A DNA stretch of 35,195 nt, from assembly GCA_032115735.1 (NCBI GenBank), contig JAUMBM010000270.1, positions 1-35,195 of the forward strand, written 5' to 3'. The notes below the pieces were generated by a model. The model had not been told where the DNA came from. It ran no database searches and saw only the letters and a list, made by a program, of their open reading frames with translations. A program made the translations under genes and the position numbers. The DNA comes from Saprospiraceae bacterium (lineage in GTDB: Bacteria > Bacteroidota > Bacteroidia > Chitinophagales > Saprospiraceae). Shown in pieces: positions 17,435 through 25,679 of the stretch. Position 1 is the first letter of the stretch; each line of letters opens with the position of its first letter.

Positions 17435-17479
17435 CGATTACGCGGAGCTGTATGCTCACGACTTATATCATCCACCATC

Positions 17480-17493
17480 ATGACAAAAATCAC
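17480..17493. promoter_or_regulatory. candidate CRP/FNR-family binding site in the ccoI-hemN divergent region
   Basis: ATGACaaaaATCAC has a TGA-N6-TCA core and matches TTGAT-N4-ATCAA at 7 of 10 positions. It is centred about 43 nt upstream of the hemN transcription start inferred from the -7 box. Confidence 0.3.
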
Positions 17494-17516
17494 CCTGCCT
17501 GCCTGAAAGCGGCCGG

Positions 17517-17524
17517 TAATTTTG
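17517..17524 (+). promoter_or_regulatory. -7 promoter box (TAATTTTG) for hemN
   Basis: Exact TAnnTTTG match, 18 nt upstream of ATG 17542. Confidence 0.4.
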
Positions 17525-17541
17525 TCCCAATAAGAGGAACG

Positions 17542-18891
17542 ATGAAGAATATGCTCATTGAGAAATACGACCGGCCGGCGCCGAGATATACAAGCTATCC
17601 GACAGCACCCTACTGGCAGGATGACGCATTTGACCAAACCTCATGGCGCGAGCAACTGCTGCGCACCTACAACATCTCGCCCGATAGTAGTCTGTATATC
17701 CACCTGCCTTTTTGCGAAAAATTATGTACTTATTGTGGATGCAATAAGCGCATCACCACTAATCACGCCGTAGAGAATCCTTACATAATAGCCTTGTTGG
17801 CCGAATGGCGTCTCTACCTCCATGCCCTCCCGGGCAAGCCACACCTGCGCGAGCTTCATTTAGGCGGAGGGACTCCGACCTTTTTTTCTCCCGACAATTT
17901 GTATCGTCTCCTTTCCACACTCCTTGAGAGTGCTACAACAGCCCCGGATTTTGAAGGTAGTTTTGAGGCGCACCCTGCATCCACCACGCGTGAGCATCTG
18001 CGCCTGTTGTACGAATTGGGTTTCCGGCGCATTAGTGTGGGTGTTCAGGACTTCGACGATCACATCCTGAAGGTTATTAACCGTTTTCAGACTCGCGAGC
18101 AAATTGCGCAGGTCACGCGTTGGGCCAGAGAAATGGGCTATTCCTCTGTCAATTACGATCTGATTTTCGGGCTACCCTTCCAGACACCTGATCATATCCG
18201 GACCAACGTGGCGCAGGTAAGCAGCTTGCGACCCGATCGCATTGCCTTTTACAGTTATGCGCATGTGCCTTGGGTAAAACCCAGCCAACGCGCCTACAGC
18301 GAAAAGGATTTACCTTTAGGCGCTGAAAAACGAGCCCTGTATGAACTGGGCAGAGACTTACTGCTTGACATCGGTTATGAGGAGATTGGTATGGATCATT
18401 TTGCACTACCCAATGACAGTCTGGCAGTTGCCCATCGTACAGGCAGCCTGCACCGCAATTTCATGGGCTACACACCGAGTCCTGCCCTTCTCAACATAGG
18501 CCTCGGCACCTCTGCCATTAGTGACACCTGGTCTGGCTTTGCTCAAAACGAGAAAACAGTGGAGGCTTATCAGCTTCGGGTCAGTTGTGGGGAATTTCCG
18601 CTCATCAAAGGCTATGCACTTACCCCCGAAGATGAAATCATCCGCAAACACATACTCAACCTGATGTGCAGGCAGTACACTTCCTGGGAGGATCCCGCTG
18701 CCCGCTGCCCTGCCCTTTTTGAAGGTCTGGGGAGGCTGGACGAATTCCTTGCCGATGAACTGGTTGAATTGGGAGACAATTTCCTGCGTATCACAGCGGC
18801 AGGGCAACCTTTCCTGCGCAACATCAGCCTCGCTTTTGATGCTCATTACTGGGCTGCACAGCCACAACAAGCACTTTTCAGCCGACTGTAA
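17542..18891 (+). CDS. hemN: oxygen-independent coproporphyrinogen III oxidase (radical SAM)
   Basis: KYDRPAPRYTSYPTAPYW N-terminal motif and a radical-SAM CxxxCxxC (CEKLCTYCGC). About 449 aa from ATG 17542; the ORF track's 17395 start overlaps the divergent ATPase gene. Confidence 0.92.
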   Translation: MKNMLIEKYDRPAPRYTSYPTAPYWQDDAFDQTSWREQLLRTYNISPDSSLYIHLPFCEKLCTYCGCNKRITTNHAVENPYIIALLAEWRLYLHALPGKPHLRELHLGGGTPTFFSPDNLYRLLSTLLESATTAPDFEGSFEAHPASTTREHLRLLYELGFRRISVGVQDFDDHILKVINRFQTREQIAQVTRWAREMGYSSVNYDLIFGLPFQTPDHIRTNVAQVSSLRPDRIAFYSYAHVPWVKPSQRAYSEKDLPLGAEKRALYELGRDLLLDIGYEEIGMDHFALPNDSLAVAHRTGSLHRNFMGYTPSPALLNIGLGTSAISDTWSGFAQNEKTVEAYQLRVSCGEFPLIKGYALTPEDEIIRKHILNLMCRQYTSWEDPAARCPALFEGLGRLDEFLADELVELGDNFLRITAAGQPFLRNISLAFDAHYWAAQPQQALFSRL

Positions 18892-18899
18892 ACCAGCAG

Positions 18900-20810
18900 C
18901 TACTCCCCGGCTACGCCGTCTTGTATCGACTGGTAGGCAGCGTCATGTATACGAGTACGTATGCGGAGCGTTGAAATCAGTGAATTGTTGCGGGTAGGGT
19001 GTACGCGATTGCTCAAAAACACCAGCAGCAGTCCCGTGTCCGGATCAGCCCAGGTGAAGGTACCCGTATAACCAGAGTGCCCAAAACTTGCAGGACCTGC
19101 AGCCTTTGATGGCAGTGTAGATTCTGTATAATTGAGCGGCAGCTTATCGAAGCCTAGCCCCCGGTGATTACCAAGCTCTGCAAAATGCGCTCTGGTAAAA
19201 GTATCTACCGCATGCGCCTCTATCAGTGTATCTCCGCCATACTGCCCCCGATTGAGGTAAAGCTGCATCAGTTTGGCAAGATCATTAGCTGAAGAAAAAA
19301 GCCCTGCATGTCCGGAAATGCCCCCCAGCAGCGCTGCACTCTCATCATGTACCTTGCCATGAAGAAGCGTCATCCTGAAAAAAGTATCCACCTCTGTCGG
19401 CACAATCCGGCTCAGGGAGAAGCGCGAATCAGGATTGAAACCCATAGTATATGCCCCTAACGGTCTGTATAAACTATCGCGCAGGTAATCAACAATATCG
19501 TGGCTCGTTGTATGCTGCACGACCAGCGGCATAAGCGTAAAAAACAGATCAGAGTAAACATAGCCAAATTGCTCGTTGAGGGGCGAAATGCGGATGGTAT
19601 TGAATAAGATATCAGCGTAATTTTTGTGCCGCCACAGACCCTCCGAAAGCTCCAAGGAATAATTGGCTGACGAATCCCTACTGAGTGTGCGAGGTCTGAA
19701 ACGATAATCATTGATGATCGTATCGTCCCAATTTTTTTTCCAGGGGTATTTGGCATGCCCCTTAAGCGTTCCCCGCCAGAACGGAATCCATGCCCGAAGC
19801 CGCCCCTGATGAGCGAGCAGATCGCGCATGCGCAGACTGGCTTTATTACTACCTTCCATGTAAGGCAGGTAGGCAGCCAAATTTCCGTCAAGATCGATAC
19901 GGCCTTGCCCATAAAGTCGCATCAGCACAGGCAGCCCCGTACTGATTTTCGTGATAGAGGCCAAATCGTAGATATCATCCGTCGTCGTTGGCCTTGCCCC
20001 GGGTTCATAGGTGTGATATCCAAACGTCCCATGATAAACTACCTTACCATTTTTTGCAAGCAATACCTGAGCCCCCGGAAATGCTCCCGCCCGGATTCCC
20101 TCGTTTACAATAGCCTCAATGCTATCGCGAAGGCGATCTGCATTCATGCCTACCACTCCCGGAGGCGCATAGCCCAGACGGATTGCAGGAGCAGCCGTAA
20201 TCCCCCTGGCTTCGGGAAAAACACCGGCAAGTGTCGTATCGGCAGTCTCTTGCATGGCAACCCCACCGAATAGCGTCTGAACGATCAGCGACTGCGTCCA
20301 GACATCATTTTGGGATGAAAAAATAACAGCCACTTCGGCATCCTGCCGTATAGCTTTCAGAATTTTGTCATTCCCGTTGAGAACAATCACTACGCAAGGC
20401 CTTGGAAAACCCGACAGCCAGTTGTCCGGCACAGGTACACGATCATCAAATTCCGCTGCATCAATCGCAATAATCGGGCTGTAGGGTTTGTTGGCCAACA
20501 TGCGGCCATCCGTTTCTTCTACTGAAGTCATCACTGCAGAACCATTGGGTAACCACTGCACACGAGCAGCCGTATGATAACGATTGATGGTTTCCCACAG
20601 AACTGTATCGTTAGCAACGTTAATATTAGTGAAAGCAAGCCGAATGGTATCAAGGCGACGCAGCGGTAAGATACCATCCGGATTTACCAACACCTTTACA
20701 GAAGCCAATGCAGCGTTGTAGTCGGGCAATTTTCCACCCGGCACTGCCTGTGCCAGCAGCAACTGCTGGCAACAAAGTAGCAGACACCCCCAAATCAGTC
20801 CTCTGCTCAT
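18900..20810 (-). CDS. secreted serine hydrolase: beta-lactamase/PBP-fold domain with a GH3 C-terminal-like N-terminal domain
   Basis: Signal peptide MSRGLIWGCLLLCCQQLLLAQA. The N-terminal ~230 aa resemble a GH3 C-terminal domain (VLVNPDGILPL...). The SxxK motif sits in DLASITKISTG, and the beta-lactamase-family C-terminal half contains GHSGYTGTF. Confidence 0.82.
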   Translation of the reverse strand: MSRGLIWGCLLLCCQQLLLAQAVPGGKLPDYNAALASVKVLVNPDGILPLRRLDTIRLAFTNINVANDTVLWETINRYHTAARVQWLPNGSAVMTSVEETDGRMLANKPYSPIIAIDAAEFDDRVPVPDNWLSGFPRPCVVIVLNGNDKILKAIRQDAEVAVIFSSQNDVWTQSLIVQTLFGGVAMQETADTTLAGVFPEARGITAAPAIRLGYAPPGVVGMNADRLRDSIEAIVNEGIRAGAFPGAQVLLAKNGKVVYHGTFGYHTYEPGARPTTTDDIYDLASITKISTGLPVLMRLYGQGRIDLDGNLAAYLPYMEGSNKASLRMRDLLAHQGRLRAWIPFWRGTLKGHAKYPWKKNWDDTIINDYRFRPRTLSRDSSANYSLELSEGLWRHKNYADILFNTIRISPLNEQFGYVYSDLFFTLMPLVVQHTTSHDIVDYLRDSLYRPLGAYTMGFNPDSRFSLSRIVPTEVDTFFRMTLLHGKVHDESAALLGGISGHAGLFSSANDLAKLMQLYLNRGQYGGDTLIEAHAVDTFTRAHFAELGNHRGLGFDKLPLNYTESTLPSKAAGPASFGHSGYTGTFTWADPDTGLLLVFLSNRVHPTRNNSLISTLRIRTRIHDAAYQSIQDGVAGE

Positions 20811-21298
20811 ATAGTTGATTGTTTGCGGAATACAGCAGGTAGCATGAGTCCCAAACCCAGCATGATACTAACATCTGCAAAATTGAAAATCCCTGTACGC
20901 AGACTGCCAATTCCTATATTCATAAAATCCGTCACCTGCCCGTACAGGATACGATCGATAATGTTGCTGAATCCACCTCCAATGATGAAGGAGAAAGAAT
21001 AAATCTGCCAACGGTCCATACGCCGATCCAGCAGCACATACCCCAGCATAACAGCCAATAAGGCCGAAGGAAAATAATGAAGAACCCAGTAGCGAAGCTG
21101 ATCTGTCAGTGAAGACCCTAAACTAAGAAAAGCGCCCTTATTCTCGACATACAACAGTCGGAAAAAATCATTCCAATAGGTATACATATAGTTACCGGAC
21201 AGATGCTGCCGGGCCAGTTCTTTCGTCCACTGATCCAATGCCAGATTGGCGAGTATGATAGCCAAAATAATAAGCGTTCTCTTGATTCCTCTTTCCAT
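20807..21298 (-). CDS. lspA: lipoprotein signal peptidase II
   Basis: 164 aa from the ATG at 21298 (MERGIKRTLIILAIILANLALDQWTK...). Conserved VENKGAFLSLG and FNFADVSI motifs with four hydrophobic segments. The stop overlaps the downstream start as ATGA. Confidence 0.9.
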   Translation of the reverse strand: MERGIKRTLIILAIILANLALDQWTKELARQHLSGNYMYTYWNDFFRLLYVENKGAFLSLGSSLTDQLRYWVLHYFPSALLAVMLGYVLLDRRMDRWQIYSFSFIIGGGFSNIIDRILYGQVTDFMNIGIGSLRTGIFNFADVSIMLGLGLMLPAVFRKQSTI

Positions 21299-21331
21299 GA
21301 CGACAAAAATACAAAAGTCAGGCATAAGTCC

Positions 21332-21339
21332 TATCTTTA
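21332..21339 (+). promoter_or_regulatory. near-consensus -7 box (TATCTTTA) in front of the TPP riboswitch
   Basis: One mismatch to TAnnTTTG (final G to A). It would place the transcription start at about the 5' edge of the aptamer. Confidence 0.3.
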
Positions 21340-21340
21340 T

Positions 21341-21455
21341 GACCTGTTTTGGGGTGCCCTGCTTTTGCGAGGCTGAGATCATACCCTTTGTTCCGGATAC
21401 AGCCACTGGAACAGGAACCTGCCCGGGTAATGCCGGGAAGGGAAATCCTAAGGCT
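21341..21455 (+). promoter_or_regulatory. TPP (THI-box) riboswitch
   Basis: GGGGTGCCCTGCTTTTGCGAGGCTGAGATCATACCCTTTG-[insert]-GAACCTGCCCGGGTAATGCCGGGAAGGGAAA matches the conserved THI-box core (GGGGUGC...GCUGAGA...ACCCUUUGAACCUGAUCnGGnUAAUnCCnGCGnAGGGA). It lies about 100 nt upstream of a TonB-dependent receptor. I could not define the P1 boundaries confidently. Confidence 0.85.
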
Positions 21456-21557
21456 GCCGTCCTCTTGTCGGTTTTGATACCGACACAAAGGGGTGATACC
21501 GTTCAAAACATTACCTGACCCCCGGTAGTGTTAAGGTTTCACTCTAATTTTTTCATC

Positions 21558-24002
21558 ATGTCAAGATGTAATTCGTGGAAACTACAGGCCTTCTGTCTGT
21601 TATTAGGCTTGTTTTACCACTTATCCGTCGGTGCTCAGTGCCGGCTGGAAGGCGTTATCACCAACCAAACTGGTCAGCCACTCGAAGGAGCCGGTATCTT
21701 CATTGCGGAGCTGCAAAAAGGCAGTGTAAGCAGTGCTGATGGCAGTTTTAAAATCGAGTCCCTCAGTCCCGGCACCTACACGGTAGAGGGAAGCTTTTTG
21801 GGCTACCAGAGTCATCGACAGCGACTAGTTGTCAGCGTCGGAGAGGCTGTTTGCAAATTAGACTTTACTCTCGCGGAAATTACTTTCACCACGCAGGAAT
21901 TGCTGGTAACGGCCGTACGCGTTGATGAACGCACGCCTGTAACCTACACAACCCTCAGTCGTGCTGACCTGGCTCCACGCAATCTGGGACAGGATGCCCC
22001 CTTCCTGCTGCAGTGGACGCCCTCTGCGGTGGTCACATCCGATGCAGGTACGGGCATTGGATATACCGGCATCTGGATTCGGGGATCGGACCCCACCCGA
22101 ACCAACATCACCATCAATGGTATACCCCTCAACGATGCGGAATCACAGGCAGTTTTCTGGGTCAACTTACCTGACTTCCTTAGCTCGGCTGAAGAGATAC
22201 AAATTCAGCGCGGAGTAGGTGCCTCCACTAATGGCCCCGGCGCATTTGGTGCTACCATTAATATTAATACCCAAAAGGTATACGAGAAGCCCTACCTGAC
22301 GCTAGACGGTACGGCCGGCAGTTTCGATACCTACCGGACCAGCATGCGCTTTGGAACGGGTCTGATGAAAGGCAAATTCACACTAGACGGACGCCTGAGC
22401 AGCATTCAATCGGACGGGTACATAGACAGAGCCTCGGCCGACCTCAACGCCTGGTTTATGACGGGCGCCTATATTGGCGCAAAAAGCACGTTCAGAGTCA
22501 ATATTTTCCAGGGTAAAGAGAGGACTTACCAGGCGTGGTATGGTGTGCCGGCTGCCCTCGCCAATGATCGGGCCACCCGTACCTTTAACCCAGCCGGTAC
22601 CGAAAAAGAAGGCGACCCCTACGATAACGAAGTTGATGACTATGGACAGACGCACCTCCAACTACTCTATAATACGGTGCTCAGTCCTCAATGGCAGCTG
22701 AATCTCGCCGCCTACTACACCCGGGGCGCCGGTTTTTTTGAGCAATACAAAGCGGATGAAGACCCGGCCAGCTACAACCTGCCAACCTTGGGCGAGCCTC
22801 AATTCACCGACCTCATCCGTCGCCGTTGGCTCGACAATGACCTCCTGGGAGCTACTTTTGGTCTGCGATATGATCATCCGGTAAAAAAATGGCAATTCAC
22901 ATGGGGAGGCGCATATAGCAACTACATCGGCCAACACTTTGGAGAGGTCATCTGGGCGCGTTTTGCCGCTGCCTCGGAAATCCGACACCGTTATTATGAC
23001 AATGACGGGATAAAAAATGATTTTAACACCTTCTTTCGGCTTAATTATCCGTTGGGCGACCGGCTGGAAGCCTTCGGTGATCTGCAACTCAGATCGGTCG
23101 ATTATCGCTTTGAGGGTTATGGCAACCGACTACAATTGTTGGACCAGCGCGAAAATCTGTTATTTTTTAACCCCAAGGCAGGTTTTACCTACAAACTACC
23201 TGCCGGACAAGCATACCTGGGCTTCGGCATAGCCCAGCGAGAGCCTAATCGCAATGATTATGTAGACAATCCGCCAGTGACACGCCCGCTACCGGAAAAG
23301 CTATACAATATTGAATCCGGTTGGCGCTTCCGCAGTAGTCGAACAGCCGGTGAGATCAATGCTTTCTACATGCTCTACCACAATCAACTGGCTCTCAATG
23401 GCCAGCTCAATGATGTTGGTGAGTATATGCGCATTAATATTGCTCGCAGCTATCGATATGGTGTAGAATTGAGTGGTGCACACCAGCTGACCAAAGTGCT
23501 TAGCCTGCAAGCTAATCTGGCACTGAGCCAGAATCGTGTAGTATCCTTTGAAGAATATGTCGATCGCTATGATGCCGACTTCAACTATCTCGGCCAGCAG
23601 GTTGTTGAGCGGACCAACACCCCCTTGTCCTTTTCCCCTTCGGTTGTTGCAGCGGCAGACTTCACCTATCGACAGCCAGTCGGCAAGCAGAAGGATCGCA
23701 CCTTTTTTGAGACAGCCTTGCAGGCAAAATACGTCAGTCGTCGCTATTTAGACAATGCAGGCGACCTGCAGAACAGTCTGGATCCTTTTACTTTTGCGGA
23801 CTGCCGACTCGGCTTCCAGCACCGGACAGCAGCGGATAATCGAATCAGGTTACATTTTGTGATTCAGAATATTTTTGATACCATGTATTCAACCAATGGC
23901 TGGAGTTATCGGTATCTGGTCGGTGATCAGCCTGGCTTTGACCAAGGACTCTACCCGCAGGCGGGTAGAAACTGGCTGCTGGCGCTGGGTTTTGATTTTT
24001 AA
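21558..24002 (+). CDS. TonB-dependent outer-membrane receptor (probable thiamin/thiamin-precursor transporter)
   Basis: Signal peptide MSRCNSWKLQAFCLLLGLFYHLSVGAQ, CarboxypepD_reg-like domain (LEGVITNQTGQPLEGAGIFI...YTVEGSFLGY), a plug, and a beta-barrel ending ...LALGFDF. The function is inferred from the upstream TPP riboswitch. ATG 21558 is preferred over GTG 21528. Confidence 0.87.
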   Translation: MSRCNSWKLQAFCLLLGLFYHLSVGAQCRLEGVITNQTGQPLEGAGIFIAELQKGSVSSADGSFKIESLSPGTYTVEGSFLGYQSHRQRLVVSVGEAVCKLDFTLAEITFTTQELLVTAVRVDERTPVTYTTLSRADLAPRNLGQDAPFLLQWTPSAVVTSDAGTGIGYTGIWIRGSDPTRTNITINGIPLNDAESQAVFWVNLPDFLSSAEEIQIQRGVGASTNGPGAFGATININTQKVYEKPYLTLDGTAGSFDTYRTSMRFGTGLMKGKFTLDGRLSSIQSDGYIDRASADLNAWFMTGAYIGAKSTFRVNIFQGKERTYQAWYGVPAALANDRATRTFNPAGTEKEGDPYDNEVDDYGQTHLQLLYNTVLSPQWQLNLAAYYTRGAGFFEQYKADEDPASYNLPTLGEPQFTDLIRRRWLDNDLLGATFGLRYDHPVKKWQFTWGGAYSNYIGQHFGEVIWARFAAASEIRHRYYDNDGIKNDFNTFFRLNYPLGDRLEAFGDLQLRSVDYRFEGYGNRLQLLDQRENLLFFNPKAGFTYKLPAGQAYLGFGIAQREPNRNDYVDNPPVTRPLPEKLYNIESGWRFRSSRTAGEINAFYMLYHNQLALNGQLNDVGEYMRINIARSYRYGVELSGAHQLTKVLSLQANLALSQNRVVSFEEYVDRYDADFNYLGQQVVERTNTPLSFSPSVVAAADFTYRQPVGKQKDRTFFETALQAKYVSRRYLDNAGDLQNSLDPFTFADCRLGFQHRTAADNRIRLHFVIQNIFDTMYSTNGWSYRYLVGDQPGFDQGLYPQAGRNWLLALGFDF

Positions 24003-24011
24003 AAAAAATAA

Positions 24012-24039
24012 TGCGGCATGGAGTTACCTCCATGCCGCA
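24012..24039. terminator. bidirectional terminator between the TBDT gene and susD-like gene
   Basis: 12-bp perfect stem TGCGGCATGGAG / CTCCATGCCGCA with a TTAC loop, flanked by an A-run upstream and a T-run downstream. Confidence 0.85.
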
Positions 24040-24084
24040 CATTTTTTCAGCCCATCGCCAAGGCGATGGGTCTAAAATTCTCTA

Positions 24085-25659
24085 TTAATACCCAGGATTC
24101 TGCTGAGCCGCCAATGTCGGGTTGGTATTCAACTCAGACTGTGGAATTGGCCAAACAAAACGGTAGTCGTCATAAGGAATTGCCGGAACGATTTTGGTTG
24201 GATCGGTTGGCAGTGGAGCAGCACCAATGGTCCAGCTGGCAAAAGTCGTATTATTGTAACGAACTTTTGCAGGGATACCTCCCGTGCTGAAGTCAGCATC
24301 TTTTGCGAGGCGGTGGATATCTGCCCAACGGCGGCCTTCGCCCAGGAATTCAATGCGGCGCTCATTGAGAACCGCCTGAATGAATTCTTTAGGCGTAGCA
24401 AAAGAAGCTGCTGTGTAGTGGAGGCTTGCATCCGTCAAAGCGCGATTGCGCACGCTGTTCAGATGAACAAGACCCGTTGCTACATCGTTCTTACGACCAT
24501 AAGCTTCTGACATGTTCAGCAACACCTCTGCATAGCGGATAATCTGGTTGTAGTCATCCTGCGTTGTAATGTTGCGATACTTGTTAGAGAAGTAAGCACG
24601 GTTGTTGCCCTTCAACAGCTGGCTGCGACGAAGATCGCTGGCATCCCAAAAAGTTGCATTGTAGATAATGGGGCTAACTGCTACCAGTGAGCGCCCCGGA
24701 GCAATTGAGTACATAACAGGCAATGCACCATTGACGAACGGATTATCAACCTGTGAGTTCTCTATTGCAAAAACAGACTCCGTATTGGCCGCGTTGTTGG
24801 CAAAAGGACCTTCCGGTGTAGCCGTGAGACTGTACGTGTTCTTGGCAATCAGCTTTTGGCCTTCAGCAATCACATTGTCCCAATTACCCATGTGCAGGTA
24901 GATACGTGTTTTCATTGCTGTTGCAGCACCAGAAGTAGCCCGCGTGATCTTCCGTGAGCCCGTGCGCGTATCCGGCAGGCTGGTCTCAGCGAAAGTCAGG
25001 TCCTCCAATATTTTAGCATAGCACTCTGCGACCGTGTTGCGACCCTGTGCCAGTGCAGCATCCAGTGCAGTCGCTGTGTTGACTGCCGTCGTGCGATAAG
25101 GCACTCCGAGGTGTGAAGCATCCGCCGTGTGCGCATAAGGACGCGCAAAGTGAACTAGCAGCTCGTGGTGAGCCAAAGCGCGCAGGAAGCGAGCTTCCCC
25201 TTCGTACTCGGCAGCCTTAGCTGTCGTGATGACGCCACTTGCAGCAGCTTTTCCAACACCCTCTATGACAATATTCGCACGGTTGATAAGCCCATAAAGC
25301 GTTTCCCAGTGGAACTGGTTGTTGGCCGTGGTAGGATTGTAGGTTGCTTCGTATGTAATTGCGTAGAAAGCAGCGACGTTCAGCATATCCTCCCCACGGT
25401 TGTCACCCTGCTGGGTATTAGCCGCACCAAAAGGATAGCCGCGTACAGCACCCCCCAGGTAGAAACCACTCTGAGCTGCATCATACACACCTACCATTGA
25501 CAGCTCACAACGCTCTGGCGTTTGAAAAGCAGCCGTTTCGGTAATGCGATCGTAAGGCAACAGTTCTGTTGTGTCTTTATCGCAAGAGACAGTCACCAAT
25601 CCTGTGAGGACCAGAGAAGCTGCGAAAAAGAAATTAATATTCTTAATGAATCTTTTCAT
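24085..25659 (-). CDS. SusD/RagB-family nutrient-binding outer-membrane lipoprotein
   Basis: 524 aa with lipoprotein signal ...LVTVSC. It starts 20 nt downstream of a SusC-type gene. Typical SusD-like helical/TPR-like composition, with a C-terminal RRIEFLGEGRRWADIHR motif. Confidence 0.9.
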   Translation of the reverse strand: MKRFIKNINFFFAASLVLTGLVTVSCDKDTTELLPYDRITETAAFQTPERCELSMVGVYDAAQSGFYLGGAVRGYPFGAANTQQGDNRGEDMLNVAAFYAITYEATYNPTTANNQFHWETLYGLINRANIVIEGVGKAAASGVITTAKAAEYEGEARFLRALAHHELLVHFARPYAHTADASHLGVPYRTTAVNTATALDAALAQGRNTVAECYAKILEDLTFAETSLPDTRTGSRKITRATSGAATAMKTRIYLHMGNWDNVIAEGQKLIAKNTYSLTATPEGPFANNAANTESVFAIENSQVDNPFVNGALPVMYSIAPGRSLVAVSPIIYNATFWDASDLRRSQLLKGNNRAYFSNKYRNITTQDDYNQIIRYAEVLLNMSEAYGRKNDVATGLVHLNSVRNRALTDASLHYTAASFATPKEFIQAVLNERRIEFLGEGRRWADIHRLAKDADFSTGGIPAKVRYNNTTFASWTIGAAPLPTDPTKIVPAIPYDDYRFVWPIPQSELNTNPTLAAQQNPGY

Positions 25660-25679
25660 TTCTTACCGAGATTTTTAGT

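Noticed and set aside
17395-17459. N-terminal ORF extensions in the supplied track that make neighbouring genes overlap: 17395 (hemN), 17459 (ATPase), 21406 (lspA), 21528 (TBDT), 28829 (SusC), 13537 (ahcY), 9843 (aminopeptidase) and 7191 (EnvC-like).
   Set aside because: In each case an internal ATG gives a canonical N-terminus (signal peptide or conserved family start). The extension runs through promoter boxes, a hairpin or the divergent gene.
21397-21410. GCCACTG heptamer (cobalamin-riboswitch B12-box-like) upstream of the TonB-dependent receptor.
   Set aside because: It sits in the loop and stem of the extra hairpin inside a sequence that otherwise matches the TPP aptamer core almost base for base. 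No other cobalamin-riboswitch elements are present.
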